Assembly: GCA_964512485.1 (NCBI GenBank)
Contig: CAZEHJ010000031.1
Coordinates: 1-37,443, forward strand
DNA from: an uncultured Rhodothermales bacterium
Lineage (GTDB): Bacteria; Bacteroidota; Rhodothermia; Rhodothermales; UBA10348
Reading direction: 5' to 3'
Length of the DNA stretch: 37,443 bases
In this document: in pieces, positions 24,882-34,140 of the stretch
Numbering within the stretch: the first letter of the stretch is position 1
How the letters are laid out: every line of letters starts with the position of its first letter
Position numbers and translations under genes: made by a program
The notes under the pieces: generated by a model
Seen by the model: only the letters and a program-made list of their open reading frames with translations
The model's database searches: none
What the model was told of the DNA's origin: nothing

Positions 24882-26144
24882 CTACTCGTCCGCTGACTCA
24901 GGTTCGTCTTCCGACTCTGCTGATTCTGAGGCTTTGCTCAGCATACCAGCAATATCAACCCCGGTCGATGCTTTCAGGCTTTCCAGCAGTGCAGGTGTGG
25001 AGCCAGCGATCTGACTGAAAACAGCAGGAACACCTGTTCCCGGGCCTCCTTGGCCACTGTCGACTACGGTAAGCTTGTCGATTTTCAAATTGTCTACCGT
25101 TTTGATGACTTCTTTCAAAATGTCAGGCAGCATCTGGATCAGGAATAGCCGTTCAGCATCCGAACCAGCTTCCTTCCATAGTTCCAGCTTCCGGGCCAGG
25201 ACATTGACTTCAGCCTGACCATCTTCGAAGATGCGCGCCGCGTTTCCTTTTGCGACTTCCTCTTTGGCCTGACGCGCTGCCTCAGCAGCGACGATGACTT
25301 CCGCTCTCTGTCTTTTCTCCGAAAGGAGGATTTCCTGAGAGGCAAGCTCCTGTTCAGCGACGGCTTCTGCCACTCTGGCGGCCACTTCAATCTTGGCTTC
25401 TTCTGCCTCAGCTTTCGCAGCCAACTGAGCTCTCAAAATCCGGACGTCATTCTGCGCGCGGGTAATCTCCAGGTCGGCCGCCGCTTCTGCCAGTTTTGCC
25501 TGTTCGCGTTTTTCAGCTTCCACTACCTCGGCAGCAGCGATGATGTTGGCCGTACTCTGACGACCGATGGCATCGAGATATCCTCTGTCGTCTTCAACGC
25601 TCTGAATTTTCAGGGTGTCGAGCTGCAGGCCCAGTGCGGACAAGTCGTTGTCGGCCTCATCGAGAAGTTCTTTGGCAAACTTTAAGCGGTCTTCGTTCAC
25701 TTCTTCCGGGGTTAGCGATGCCACCACGCCTCTCAGATTTCCCTCGAGAGTCTCTTTCGCAATCGTTTGGACGGAGTCGAGTGACTTGCCCAGAAGTCGC
25801 TCCACCGCGTTATTCAACTCGTGTTCTCCCGAAGAAATCTTAACGTTGGCGATGGCCCGCACAACCAGGGGAATACCACCTTTTGAGTACGCGTTCGACA
25901 CAGTCAAGTCGATGGGGATCGTATTGAGTTCCAAACGATCCACTTGTTCGATGATCGGGATTCGAAATCCACGTCCACCCTGGATCACGCGGTAACCCAC
26001 TTTGGATCCGTCGGAGAGAAGTCTGTTTCGACCTGAGAATATCAGAACCTCATTGGGCTGGCAGATCTTCAAGTTCGCCCGGATTATCCCGAGCACCGAT
26101 AGTATGCCGAGAATCAGAATGGCGGGTATGACTAATAATTCCAT
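24882..26144 (-). CDS. flotillin / SPFH (band-7) domain protein (YqiK-like)
   Basis: Start is taken at ATG 26142-26144 (MELLVIPAILILGILSVLGII, TM anchor); the ORF-track TTG at 26180 adds 12 residues. The SPFH core reads NEVLIFSGRNRLLSDGSKVGYRVIQGGRGFRIPIIEQV...LVVRAIANVKI, followed by a long Ala/Glu-rich coiled coil (flotillin-like). Confidence 0.8.
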   Translation of the reverse strand: MELLVIPAILILGILSVLGIIRANLKICQPNEVLIFSGRNRLLSDGSKVGYRVIQGGRGFRIPIIEQVDRLELNTIPIDLTVSNAYSKGGIPLVVRAIANVKISSGEHELNNAVERLLGKSLDSVQTIAKETLEGNLRGVVASLTPEEVNEDRLKFAKELLDEADNDLSALGLQLDTLKIQSVEDDRGYLDAIGRQSTANIIAAAEVVEAEKREQAKLAEAAADLEITRAQNDVRILRAQLAAKAEAEEAKIEVAARVAEAVAEQELASQEILLSEKRQRAEVIVAAEAARQAKEEVAKGNAARIFEDGQAEVNVLARKLELWKEAGSDAERLFLIQMLPDILKEVIKTVDNLKIDKLTVVDSGQGGPGTGVPAVFSQIAGSTPALLESLKASTGVDIAGMLSKASESAESEDEPESADE

Positions 26145-26294
26145 GGTGCTTCTCCTGTCTGATGGGAAACCGGCAAACAAGCCGATTGAGTGTAGTTAAC
26201 GGTGTTAAGGTTGGATGGGTTTTTTGCTTGTGCTTCTATATAGTGTTTGAATTGGGATTAAGTGATGTTGAGCCGCCGTCTTGGGCCGGAAAAC

Positions 26295-26903
26295 TCAGTC
26301 TGGTCGGACAACCTCAGCTATTCGGCCGTCCATTCGAATGACCACAACCTGGTCACCCGGTCTTACGGCCTCGGCTTCACCTGATTCAAACAGGCGGGCA
26401 GTGACCTGCATTTTTTTCCCACCGGCCTTCAGCAGAATCTTGCCGTTTTCGTCACCCTCGAAAGGGAGTAGGACCTTGGCAGTTCGGCCTTTCATATCTG
26501 AATCGGAGACCTGGCTGGACACCTGCTCATAGGCAAATTTTTTGATGATCCAGTTTCCACCGAGGCCAACTAGGAGTCCGGTCACCGTAGACAGGGAGGC
26601 CACGAGGGGTTCGCCGGTTCCGAACATCGTCAGAAGTACTCCGGTTAATCCGAAGAAGGCGGCGAAAAGAAACAGGGCCCTGATACTGAGCAGGTCTACG
26701 AAGTCAGGACCACTGTCGACGTCAATGGAAAGGTCGGAATCAAAATCGGCGTCAGAATCGAAATCCATGTCGTGATCAAAGTCCACGTCATGATCGAAAT
26801 CATGATCGAAATCGGTTTCCGAATCGTGCTCTCCAGCTCCAAATATGGAGAGCAAAACGAAAAATCCACCGACGATCAAGCTGATGAGATAAATCGAATC
26901 CAT
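26295..26903 (-). CDS. NfeD-family membrane protein (flotillin-associated) with Asp/His-rich repeat linker
   Basis: 202 aa, with TM MDSIYLISLIVGGFFVLLSIFGAG. An acidic repeat EHDSETDFDHDFDHDVDFDHDMDFDSDADFDSDLSIDVD follows, then a second TM block and a C-terminal OB-fold-like segment KVLLPFEGDENGKILLKAGGKKMQVTARL...GDQVVVIRMDGRIAEV. It sits upstream of the flotillin gene on the same strand. Confidence 0.75.
   Translation of the reverse strand: MDSIYLISLIVGGFFVLLSIFGAGEHDSETDFDHDFDHDVDFDHDMDFDSDADFDSDLSIDVDSGPDFVDLLSIRALFLFAAFFGLTGVLLTMFGTGEPLVASLSTVTGLLVGLGGNWIIKKFAYEQVSSQVSDSDMKGRTAKVLLPFEGDENGKILLKAGGKKMQVTARLFESGEAEAVRPGDQVVVIRMDGRIAEVVRPD
26715..26831 (-). repeat. coding hexanucleotide-periodic (gat-cga-aat-c...) repeat encoding the (D-x)n Asp/His tract of NfeD
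   Basis: Repeated atcgaaatc / atcatgatcgaaatc units are visible on the plus strand. They encode DFDHDFDHDVDFDHDMDFDSDADFDSD. Confidence 0.6.
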
Positions 26904-27149
26904 GGGCGTCCTCCGTGAATACTCAAATAACTACGACAGGGGCCTCAAAATGTTGCGTTGTCGTTCGTTGTAACCTTAATATATGTGGTTCCATCGTCCG
27001 TTAAATGAAATAAAATCCAGTATTTCGTAAATAAAACTTAATAATTAAGTATTTTTAGTATACACCGAGCCCGGCGAATTGGTATTGTTATTCGATTCGG
27101 ACTCCATTTTGCCTGTTCCGGGAGGCACCCTGGTCCTAATTTTTCTTCC

Positions 27150-27995
27150 ATGCGAAACGCCAGTATCATACTACTCACCATTGCCGGAATATTGCAGGCG
27201 GGTTGTTCTTCCGCATCATCGTCCGGCTCAGATGAACGGATCTCGATTCTGCAGGACGGTGTGAATCGATTTGTGTACCTGCACATTCCCGATGGATACT
27301 CAGCGGACGTTTCGTATCCACTGCTTCTCGTCTTTCATGGATCGGGTGATTCAGGAGCTGCATTTCAGCAGCATTCGGGGATTGACAAAAAGGCAGACCA
27401 GCAAGGATTTATCGTCGCGTATCCGTCCTCGAGAGGGAGCAATTGGGCTGAAGGATGCGACTGCACCCAGGCAGACATAGACGGTGTGGATGACGTTGGG
27501 TTGGTGGACGAGATTATCGACATCATAGACGACGACTACAGCCTGAACCGGGATCGTGTCTTTGCCGCAGGATATTCTCAGGGCGCGTTTTTCACGCAGC
27601 GACTCGCCTGCGAACGTAGCTCAACATTCAAAGGAGTAGCATCGATATCTGGTATGATGTCCTCGCCCATGGCCTCAAGCTGCCAGCCGGAAGTCGGACT
27701 GGATGTGCTGCTGATGCACGGAACGGATGACGGGTCCGTACCGATAACCGGATTTCAGTCGGGCGGTTATCAGTCGCTGAGTTCCTACGAAACGATGCTG
27801 TTCTGGCGGGAGGCAAATGACTGTCCTCTGGGTCTCGAACGACAGACATATGACGACACCGACCTGTCCAGAGATGTCCGAAGTATCGGTCAGTGCCGAG
27901 ATAATTCCCAGGTCCGAATGGATGAGATTCTGGAAGGAAGACACCAGTGGTATGACTTCATTCCCGGAGAGATAGTCGAGTTTTTCGGTCTGTAA
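27150..27995 (+). CDS. alpha/beta-hydrolase lipoprotein, esterase / PHB-depolymerase (LpqC-like) family
   Basis: 281 aa with lipoprotein-like signal MRNASIILLTIAGILQAGCSS. It has an LLLVFHGSGDSGAAFQ oxyanion-region motif, the nucleotide-elbow GYSQGA (GxSxG), and HGTDDGSVP near the C-terminus. The ATG is verified. Confidence 0.7.
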   Translation: MRNASIILLTIAGILQAGCSSASSSGSDERISILQDGVNRFVYLHIPDGYSADVSYPLLLVFHGSGDSGAAFQQHSGIDKKADQQGFIVAYPSSRGSNWAEGCDCTQADIDGVDDVGLVDEIIDIIDDDYSLNRDRVFAAGYSQGAFFTQRLACERSSTFKGVASISGMMSSPMASSCQPEVGLDVLLMHGTDDGSVPITGFQSGGYQSLSSYETMLFWREANDCPLGLERQTYDDTDLSRDVRSIGQCRDNSQVRMDEILEGRHQWYDFIPGEIVEFFGL

Positions 27996-28002
27996 CCAGG
28001 TC

Positions 28003-29169
28003 CTAAAGGAGGATTGGAAGCCAACTTTCGGCCACCCAGAATCCCAGGAAGGTACCAACGGCGTATCCCAACGAGCCGATCAGGATTGACGGAAGAACAA
28101 GATCCTCCCTTCCCAGACTCCTGGCCAGGGCCAGAGCCGAGGTCCCACCGCCAACATTCGCCTGGGATGCAATCGAAGCCACGACGGGGTTGATTTTCAG
28201 CGCCCATGCCATTGAGTACACCAATAGGCCGTGGACCAGGACAGCAACCGTCGTGAAGGTCAACAGGGACACTCCAAGACTACCCAGTTCCCCCATGGCG
28301 CCAATGTCACAGTAAGCTCCGATTACGCAGAGGAACAGATAGACTGCGAACATTCCCATGACCTTTAAGCCCGGCAATCTGGAAAGGCTCGGAATCTGGG
28401 CCAGAATCAGGGCGATAATCGTGAGGAATATCGCGGAAGGGACAGCTGGAAATACCATGGCTACCCGGTTGGAAAGCCAGACCGCTCCAAGTCCAAGCGC
28501 AAGAACAACTCCGAGGTCGATCGGGTGAATCGTCTCAGTATCCTCTTGTTCACCTGTCTTGACCTCGCCGATAAAATCTGCGATTTCCTGACCCGGCTTT
28601 CTGGGCCACATATGAGAAAGAGCTCTGGGCACTGCAAGCGTGACGATCATCCAAATGGTCGTCACGATGTTGTCTACGACGATGGAGCCGCCGTACAGAA
28701 CGCCTTCTGTCATCACTTCGTAGTGAAGACCGAGGGCATTGAAATTGACACTTCCACCGGTATAGGTACCAACAAACATCCCTCCGATCGCGTGATACAG
28801 TGGACCGATCGTTTCGGGACCATTGATGACCCACATGCCCACGAATACGCCGATAGCAGTGGCCAACGAACCGAACAGATACAGAAGAATAATCGGCCAC
28901 CCGGCCTTCATGATGTGTTTCAGGTTGACCGGCAGGAGAAGCCAGAAGATGGCCAGCGGTGCCACGGTCGAAAAAATGAAGTCGTACGCTTCAACGGGTC
29001 CGCCGTCTGAAGATCCTGTCGGGAGCAAGCCGATATTTGCAACAAGGGCGGTGACCAGAATGACGAGCAATGCCGTCCCGAAATGCTTCAAAAACGTCTT
29101 CCGTACGAGCAGTTCCGTCAGGAATATGATGGCGCTCAGAAAGCCTATGATGTATAGAGAATCGGTCAT
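28003..29169 (-). CDS. polytopic integral membrane protein (DUF819-like putative transporter)
   Basis: About 11 hydrophobic helices. Start is taken at ATG 29167-29169 (MTDSLYIIGFLSAIIFLTELL); the ORF-track upstream extension (GTG at 29248-29250, verified) is Cys/Arg-rich and unlikely. There is a central hydrophilic loop (KPGQEIADFIGEVKTGEQEDTETIHP). The family assignment is tentative. Confidence 0.55.
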   Translation of the reverse strand: MTDSLYIIGFLSAIIFLTELLVRKTFLKHFGTALLVILVTALVANIGLLPTGSSDGGPVEAYDFIFSTVAPLAIFWLLLPVNLKHIMKAGWPIILLYLFGSLATAIGVFVGMWVINGPETIGPLYHAIGGMFVGTYTGGSVNFNALGLHYEVMTEGVLYGGSIVVDNIVTTIWMIVTLAVPRALSHMWPRKPGQEIADFIGEVKTGEQEDTETIHPIDLGVVLALGLGAVWLSNRVAMVFPAVPSAIFLTIIALILAQIPSLSRLPGLKVMGMFAVYLFLCVIGAYCDIGAMGELGSLGVSLLTFTTVAVLVHGLLVYSMAWALKINPVVASIASQANVGGGTSALALARSLGREDLVLPSILIGSLGYAVGTFLGFWVAESWLPILL

Positions 29170-29277
29170 GTCTGGGTAGTAGGGACCTATTTGAACGCCA
29201 CACGTTGAAGCACTCGCTACTCGAGCAGCACCGGAGTATCGACAAATCACTGGCCAACACCAAACCTTTTGGTTCTA

Positions 29278-30495
29278 ATGCTCAGCCCACAGGAAAGAGC
29301 GAGATACAGCAGGCATCTTCTTCTCCCACAGGTGGGGGAGGAGGGGCAACTGAAATTGAAAAGATCGTCCGTTTTGGTGGTCGGGGCAGGAGGTCTTGGA
29401 TCTCCTGTTCTGATGTACCTCGCGGCAGCAGGTGTTGGCCGGATCGGTATCGTGGATTTCGATGAGGTTGCAGAAAGCAATCTTCACCGTCAAGTTCTGT
29501 ACGGGTCCTCTGACGTGGGATCCTCCAAGCTGGAAGTAGCATCCAGGAAACTCGAAGAGATTAATCCACACGTGGAAGTTGTGCTCCATCCCGTTCGGCT
29601 CGACAGAACAAATGCGATGGAGATCATCGGCGCCTATGACGTGGTCGCAGATGGTACAGATAACTTCGCCACCCGGTACCTGGTCAACGACGCCTGTGTT
29701 CTGACCGGCACGCCGAACGCATTCGCTTCAATTTATCGATTCGATGGGCAAGTATCCGTGTTTGCGGCGGAAGACGGTCCCTGCTATCGCTGTCTTTTCC
29801 CTGAGCCTCCGCCGGCAGGATCTGTTCCGTCTTGCGCAGAAGGAGGAGTGCTCGGCGTACTGCCGGGAATTCTTGGGACCCTTCAGGCGGCAGAGGCCAT
29901 AAAGTTGATTACGGGCATCGGTGAACCCCTCATCGGTCGCGTTTTGATGGTCGATGTGATGAGCATGGATTTCAAACGACTTTCATTCGGCAAGGATGTG
30001 GAATGTGCCGTTTGTGGAGAGCGTCCAACCGTCGATGAATTGGTCGACTATGAAGCGTTCTGTTCCGGGGTCCAAGAAAGTGGATCATCCGGGGTGGAAA
30101 CGGCATTTTCGGACAGTTCGGAAAGTCCGCCACACCCAGACACCCAGCATTCTTCCGTGTTTTTCTCACCTGGAGTTCCCGAAATCGACGTTCACGAATT
30201 GCACGAAATGATGCAAGGCGAAGATGACTTTCTGCTTCTCGATGTCAGACGAGCCGAAGAGTTGACCATCGCCGACATCGGCGGGCAACTTCTGCCCATG
30301 AATGAGTTGCCGGAGAAAATAAGCTCCGTTGCTCCCGACAAGGCCCGAAAAATCGTCATGATGTGCCGATCCGGCGCGCGTTCGGCCCGCGCCGTTTTGT
30401 GGATGCGCGGACAGGGATACGACAACGTGTTCAATCTGGCCGGCGGTATCATTGCCTGGTCCCAAAAAATTGATTCATCCGTCGCCACCTACTGA
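29278..30495 (+). CDS. moeB: MoeB/ThiF-type adenylyltransferase fused to C-terminal rhodanese domain (MOCS3-like, molybdopterin-synthase sulfurylase)
   Basis: Start at ATG 29278 (MLSPQERARYSRHLLLPQVGEEGQ); the ORF-track TTG at 29269 adds 3 residues. It has the nucleotide-binding loop VLVVGAGGLGSPVLMYLAAAGVG, the CYRCLFPEPPP and CAVCGERP Zn/Cys motifs, and a C-terminal rhodanese domain with active-site CRSGARS. Confidence 0.8.
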   Translation: MLSPQERARYSRHLLLPQVGEEGQLKLKRSSVLVVGAGGLGSPVLMYLAAAGVGRIGIVDFDEVAESNLHRQVLYGSSDVGSSKLEVASRKLEEINPHVEVVLHPVRLDRTNAMEIIGAYDVVADGTDNFATRYLVNDACVLTGTPNAFASIYRFDGQVSVFAAEDGPCYRCLFPEPPPAGSVPSCAEGGVLGVLPGILGTLQAAEAIKLITGIGEPLIGRVLMVDVMSMDFKRLSFGKDVECAVCGERPTVDELVDYEAFCSGVQESGSSGVETAFSDSSESPPHPDTQHSSVFFSPGVPEIDVHELHEMMQGEDDFLLLDVRRAEELTIADIGGQLLPMNELPEKISSVAPDKARKIVMMCRSGARSARAVLWMRGQGYDNVFNLAGGIIAWSQKIDSSVATY

Positions 30496-30517
30496 GCAAT
30501 ATCCTCACCCTCCCTAC

Positions 30518-32743
30518 ATGAAACGAGTTCTATTTGCCCTGCTGATTCTTGCAGGTACCCTGTCCGATGTTGCTGCCCAGGATCCGATGCCACTGCAACG
30601 TATCGAAGGGACCATCAATCTGGATGGATTCGCTGACGAAGCAGCCTGGCAGTCTGTGGATGCCCTTCCACTTCAGATGTACGAGCCGATTCCCAAAGGA
30701 GAAATGACCGAGCGTACGGAGATACGTGTCGGGTACGATGACGATTACATGTATGTCTCAGGGAAATTGTATGACTCGGACCCTGAGAATATTCGAGCAA
30801 ATACACTCTACCGGGATCGCTGGTCGGGCGATGATACGTTTGGCATCGTGCTGGATACATTCAACGACAATGAAAACGCACTTTGGTTTTTCGTTTCGCC
30901 AACTGGAGTTCGATTCGACATGGCGATTTCAAGAGATGCCAACGGGCATTTTGGAGGGTCCTCGTTCGGAGGAGGCGCAGTCAACCAATCCTGGAATACC
31001 TATTGGGATGTTGAAACCCAACGCACCGAGGACGGATGGTTCGCCGAAATGCGCATCCCCTACTCGAGCCTGAGTTTTCAGGAGATCGATGGGAAGGTGG
31101 AGATGGGAATGACAGTTTACCGCTTTATCGCTCGAAAGGGTGAGAGACATGTCTACCCCTGGATCCCGGCCAACTGGAGCCTTGGCTATGCAAAACCCTC
31201 GCAGGCCAGAAAGGTCACGATGGAGGGAATTCAGAGTAAGAAGCCGCTCTACATTACTCCGTATGTGACGGGCGGAAGTACGGGAGTGAATTCCCTGAAT
31301 GATGCAGGTAGCGCGTACCAATTTGACAGCGAACTGACGCGTCAGGCGGGTCTCGACTTGAAATATGCCCTGAACAGTAATCTGACGCTGGACGCAACCG
31401 TTAACACAGATTTTGCACAGGTTGAGGCCGATGACCAGCAAGTCAATCTTTCACGTTTCTCGCTGTTCTTCCCCGAAAAAAGACAGTTTTTTCAGGAGAG
31501 ATCCGGGCTGTTTGAGTTTTCGACCGGACGAAGGGATCGCCTCTTCCACAGCCGCCAGATTGGTATTAACGATGGTGAAACCGTTCGGATTCTGGGAGGA
31601 GGGCGACTGGTGGGTAAAATCGGGGCCTGGGACGTCGGAGTAATCAATATGCAGACGGAATCCGTTGGCGATTCACCCTCCGAAAACTTCGGTGTAGTCC
31701 GTTTTCGAAGACAGGTGGTCAACGATCAGTCGTATGCCGGGATTCTGGCGACCAGCAGGTTGGGCGACGATGGCTCGAACAATTTCGCGTATGGCGCGGA
31801 TGGCAGTTTCAAAGTGGGAGAAGATGATTACCTGGATCTGAAATGGGCCCAGACCTTTGAGGATGACATCATCGATGAAAGTGGATTCAATTTCACGGAC
31901 GCAGCCTATGCATCCGTCAATTTGCAACGCCGCGGCGACATTGGATTTTCCTTTCGGTCGGGATTGTCCTACTCAGGTAGTGAATACGATCCTGGAATCG
32001 GATTTGTCCAGCGAAATGATGTGACCCAGCTCTCTTATGATTTCCAATACGGTTGGTTGGCGCCGGAGGAGGCCAAACTGCGCACACATGACGGATCGCA
32101 CTATGGCAATGTGTACTTCCGCAATGAAGACGGAAGCGTCGAATCGATCAGGGCGGGAACGAGTTACGACTGGGATTTTAAATCGAGTGCCAGCGCTCGG
32201 ATGAGTCTCAATTACATTGTCGAAGACCTGACGGACGAGCTTAGTTTTCCTGACGATACGACCGTCCCGGTGGGAAGGCATGAGTTTGTGGAGTGGCAGG
32301 GAAATTACAGTCTTCCAGACGGTGGGTTGATCCGGGGACGGACAGAATTGAGGGCCGGCTCCTTCTATGATGGCACCCGCTACGGTGTCCAGTTCAGCCC
32401 AACCTGGAATGTGAGTAGATTTCTGGAACTGTCGGGCAGCTACCAGTACACACGACTCGAATTCAACAAGCGGGATCAGACGGCGAACATTCATCAGGTG
32501 GGAATTCGGTCACAGATTGGCCTGAATACCAAACTGTCCCTGAATTCCTTCCTGCAGTACAACACTTCTTCGAAGCTCGTCGCTTCAAATGTTCGATTCC
32601 GTTACAATGTGGCCGAAGGAAATGACCTCTGGATTGTGTACACCGAAAACCTGAATGCGGACCGATTCCGCGATACGCCTGCCCTGCCGGTATCGAACAA
32701 CCGGACGGTGCTTCTGAAGTACACGTACACGTTTCTGAAGTAA
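30518..32743 (+). CDS. DUF5916-type secreted protein with N-terminal carbohydrate-binding-like domain (Bacteroidota-type)
   Basis: Start at ATG 30518 (MKRVLFALLILAGTLSDVAAQ signal peptide). The long beta-rich protein ends ...LLKYTYTFLK. The N-terminal GTINLDGFADEAAWQSVDALPLQMYEPIPKGE resembles the CBM9-like domain that precedes DUF5916. Confidence 0.65.
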   Translation: MKRVLFALLILAGTLSDVAAQDPMPLQRIEGTINLDGFADEAAWQSVDALPLQMYEPIPKGEMTERTEIRVGYDDDYMYVSGKLYDSDPENIRANTLYRDRWSGDDTFGIVLDTFNDNENALWFFVSPTGVRFDMAISRDANGHFGGSSFGGGAVNQSWNTYWDVETQRTEDGWFAEMRIPYSSLSFQEIDGKVEMGMTVYRFIARKGERHVYPWIPANWSLGYAKPSQARKVTMEGIQSKKPLYITPYVTGGSTGVNSLNDAGSAYQFDSELTRQAGLDLKYALNSNLTLDATVNTDFAQVEADDQQVNLSRFSLFFPEKRQFFQERSGLFEFSTGRRDRLFHSRQIGINDGETVRILGGGRLVGKIGAWDVGVINMQTESVGDSPSENFGVVRFRRQVVNDQSYAGILATSRLGDDGSNNFAYGADGSFKVGEDDYLDLKWAQTFEDDIIDESGFNFTDAAYASVNLQRRGDIGFSFRSGLSYSGSEYDPGIGFVQRNDVTQLSYDFQYGWLAPEEAKLRTHDGSHYGNVYFRNEDGSVESIRAGTSYDWDFKSSASARMSLNYIVEDLTDELSFPDDTTVPVGRHEFVEWQGNYSLPDGGLIRGRTELRAGSFYDGTRYGVQFSPTWNVSRFLELSGSYQYTRLEFNKRDQTANIHQVGIRSQIGLNTKLSLNSFLQYNTSSKLVASNVRFRYNVAEGNDLWIVYTENLNADRFRDTPALPVSNNRTVLLKYTYTFLK

Positions 32744-32753
32744 ACGCGGCCGA

Positions 32754-33290
32754 TCAGGACTTTTTTCTGACCATTTTGGGCATGTCGATCGGAAGAATGG
32801 CTCCTTCTGAAATGACGTCGATGATGCTTGCGTCGCTGAAGTCCACCCCTGACAGGTCTGATCCGGTGAGAATGGTCTCTCGCAGGTGAGCGTTGGCGAG
32901 GCAGGCACCCTTGAGAATGGCATTGAACAGAATGGCTTCGGAAAGCCTGGTTCGGGTCATATTGGCTCCACTCAAATCTGCAAAGGTCATCGTCGCGAAG
33001 CTCATGTCCACTCCCTGGAAGCACGCTTTTCGAGCAGTGGCCCGGTTGAGATCAGCGCCCGTAAGATTGGCTCCGGTAAGATCTGCCCCATCTAGATTCG
33101 CTTCCTCCAATTCGGCAACGGTCAAGAGCGTCGCTTTCAGATTGGCCCCGGAAAAATTGATCTTTTGCAGGAATCGCCCTGTCAAGTCGTGAGTGCTCAG
33201 GTCCGGAATGATATCCGGACTTCTCTCCCGCCAGTCGTTCCAGGCGGGAACGCCCTGGTCAAGGATGTCGATGTGTTCAGCGTTGGCCAC
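32754..33290 (-). CDS. pentapeptide-repeat protein
   Basis: 178 aa with tandem A(D/N)LxG-type pentapeptides (FSGANLKATLL, ANLDGADLTGANLTGADLNRA, ADLSGANMTRT, SDLSGVDFSDA). The start at 33288-33290 is GTG, with no nearby in-frame ATG. Confidence 0.65.
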   Translation of the reverse strand: MANAEHIDILDQGVPAWNDWRERSPDIIPDLSTHDLTGRFLQKINFSGANLKATLLTVAELEEANLDGADLTGANLTGADLNRATARKACFQGVDMSFATMTFADLSGANMTRTRLSEAILFNAILKGACLANAHLRETILTGSDLSGVDFSDASIIDVISEGAILPIDMPKMVRKKS

Positions 33291-33466
33291 TGGCAGATTC
33301 TCGAAAACGATTCGTTTACAATAGCAAAGAAGAGTGATAATTGCTCAGTCTGCATGGGGACTCTATTTGCAAAAAAAGGGCAATCGGAATTGACATATTG
33401 GTGTGCAACTCGGTTCTTGCCATGGTGTAAACACTTGCGTAGACAGATCGACACCAAATCCCACGC

Positions 33467-33679
33467 ATGATTTTATCCGCTCTCATACTGATGACCCTGT
33501 TGGCCTACCGGCTGGGTGTGTTCGACGAATTCATCGAACACCGGAAACTGCAGTTGATGGATCATGAGATTCTTCTCGAGATTGACGAAGTGACATGGGA
33601 AGATCGCCAGAAGCAATTCAGAGCGACACATCCCCGCCTGGCAAATCGTGCGTACGCATCGCTGGGCAGACGCCGTTGA
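33467..33679 (+). CDS. hypothetical small protein (possibly membrane-associated)
   Basis: 70-aa ORF with ATG, beginning MILSALILMTLLAYRLGVF (hydrophobic). It sits in the otherwise empty 500-bp gap upstream of the PadR gene. Coding status is uncertain. Confidence 0.3.
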   Translation: MILSALILMTLLAYRLGVFDEFIEHRKLQLMDHEILLEIDEVTWEDRQKQFRATHPRLANRAYASLGRRR

Positions 33680-33760
33680 ACAGCGAAGGTCGGGATATTC
33701 AGGCAGCGGGCCCGAAAAAGTGGTGATTGAGACCAATTTTTCCTGAACTGTAACCAGGAC

Positions 33761-33783
33761 GCTATATTGCAGTACGATATAGC
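33761..33783 (+). promoter_or_regulatory. candidate PadR operator: 7-bp inverted repeat GCTATAT-N9-ATATAGC
   Basis: Sequence GCTATATtgcagtacgATATAGC lies 19-41 nt upstream of the PadR ATG at 33802. PadR-family repressors typically bind dyad sites overlapping their own promoter. This is a sequence observation only. Confidence 0.35.
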
Positions 33784-33801
33784 TCAACAGACACAGTTCC
33801 C

Positions 33802-34140
33802 ATGTTCTCAAAAAACCTCGTCGCAGCCTCTCTCCAACCCATTGTTCTGACTATTCTGAGTCGGGGCGAAGCCTATGGCTATGAAATCATGCAGCGGGCT
33901 CTGGACCTGTCCGATGGCCAACTCAAATGGACTGCAGGTACGCTGTATCCGCTCATGCATCGTCTGGAAACGAAAGGATTCATTGTATCGCTGTGGCGAC
34001 CCTCTGAGTCTGGTCCGAGGCGGAAGTATTATCGACTGACCCGGAAAGGGGAGACTGCTCTCGCGGCAGACAAGAAAGAATGGCTGGACATCCACTCCAT
34101 TCTGATGAAGTTGTGGGGACCAGAACTGGCCATGACCTGA
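33802..34140 (+). CDS. PadR family transcriptional regulator
   Basis: 112 aa with the classical PadR wHTH: LQPIVLTILSRGEAYGYEIMQRALDLSDGQLKWTAGTLYPLMHRLETKGFIVSLWRPSESGPRRKYYRLTRKGE. Its stop TGA overlaps the downstream ATG (TGATG at 34138-34142). Confidence 0.8.
   Translation: MFSKNLVAASLQPIVLTILSRGEAYGYEIMQRALDLSDGQLKWTAGTLYPLMHRLETKGFIVSLWRPSESGPRRKYYRLTRKGETALAADKKEWLDIHSILMKLWGPELAMT

Noticed and set aside
26715-26831. Short tandem DNA repeats (atcgaaatc units) checked as a possible CRISPR or other non-coding repeat array.
   Set aside because: They lie inside the NfeD reading frame, have hexanucleotide periodicity and have no spacers. This is a coding low-complexity repeat.
28525-29179. 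Plus-strand ORFs of 161 and 118 aa.
   Set aside because: They are antisense to the polytopic membrane-protein gene.
29170-29277. Possible Moco riboswitch upstream of the MoeB-rhodanese gene.
   Set aside because: The region is only about 108 nt and lacks the conserved Moco-RNA motif features. It is more simply a divergent promoter region.
33393-33430. A perfect sigma-70 -35 hexamer TTGACA upstream of the small ORF and PadR gene.
   Set aside because: There is no acceptable -10 at 16-19 bp spacing. The likely host phylum uses different promoter consensus sequences anyway.
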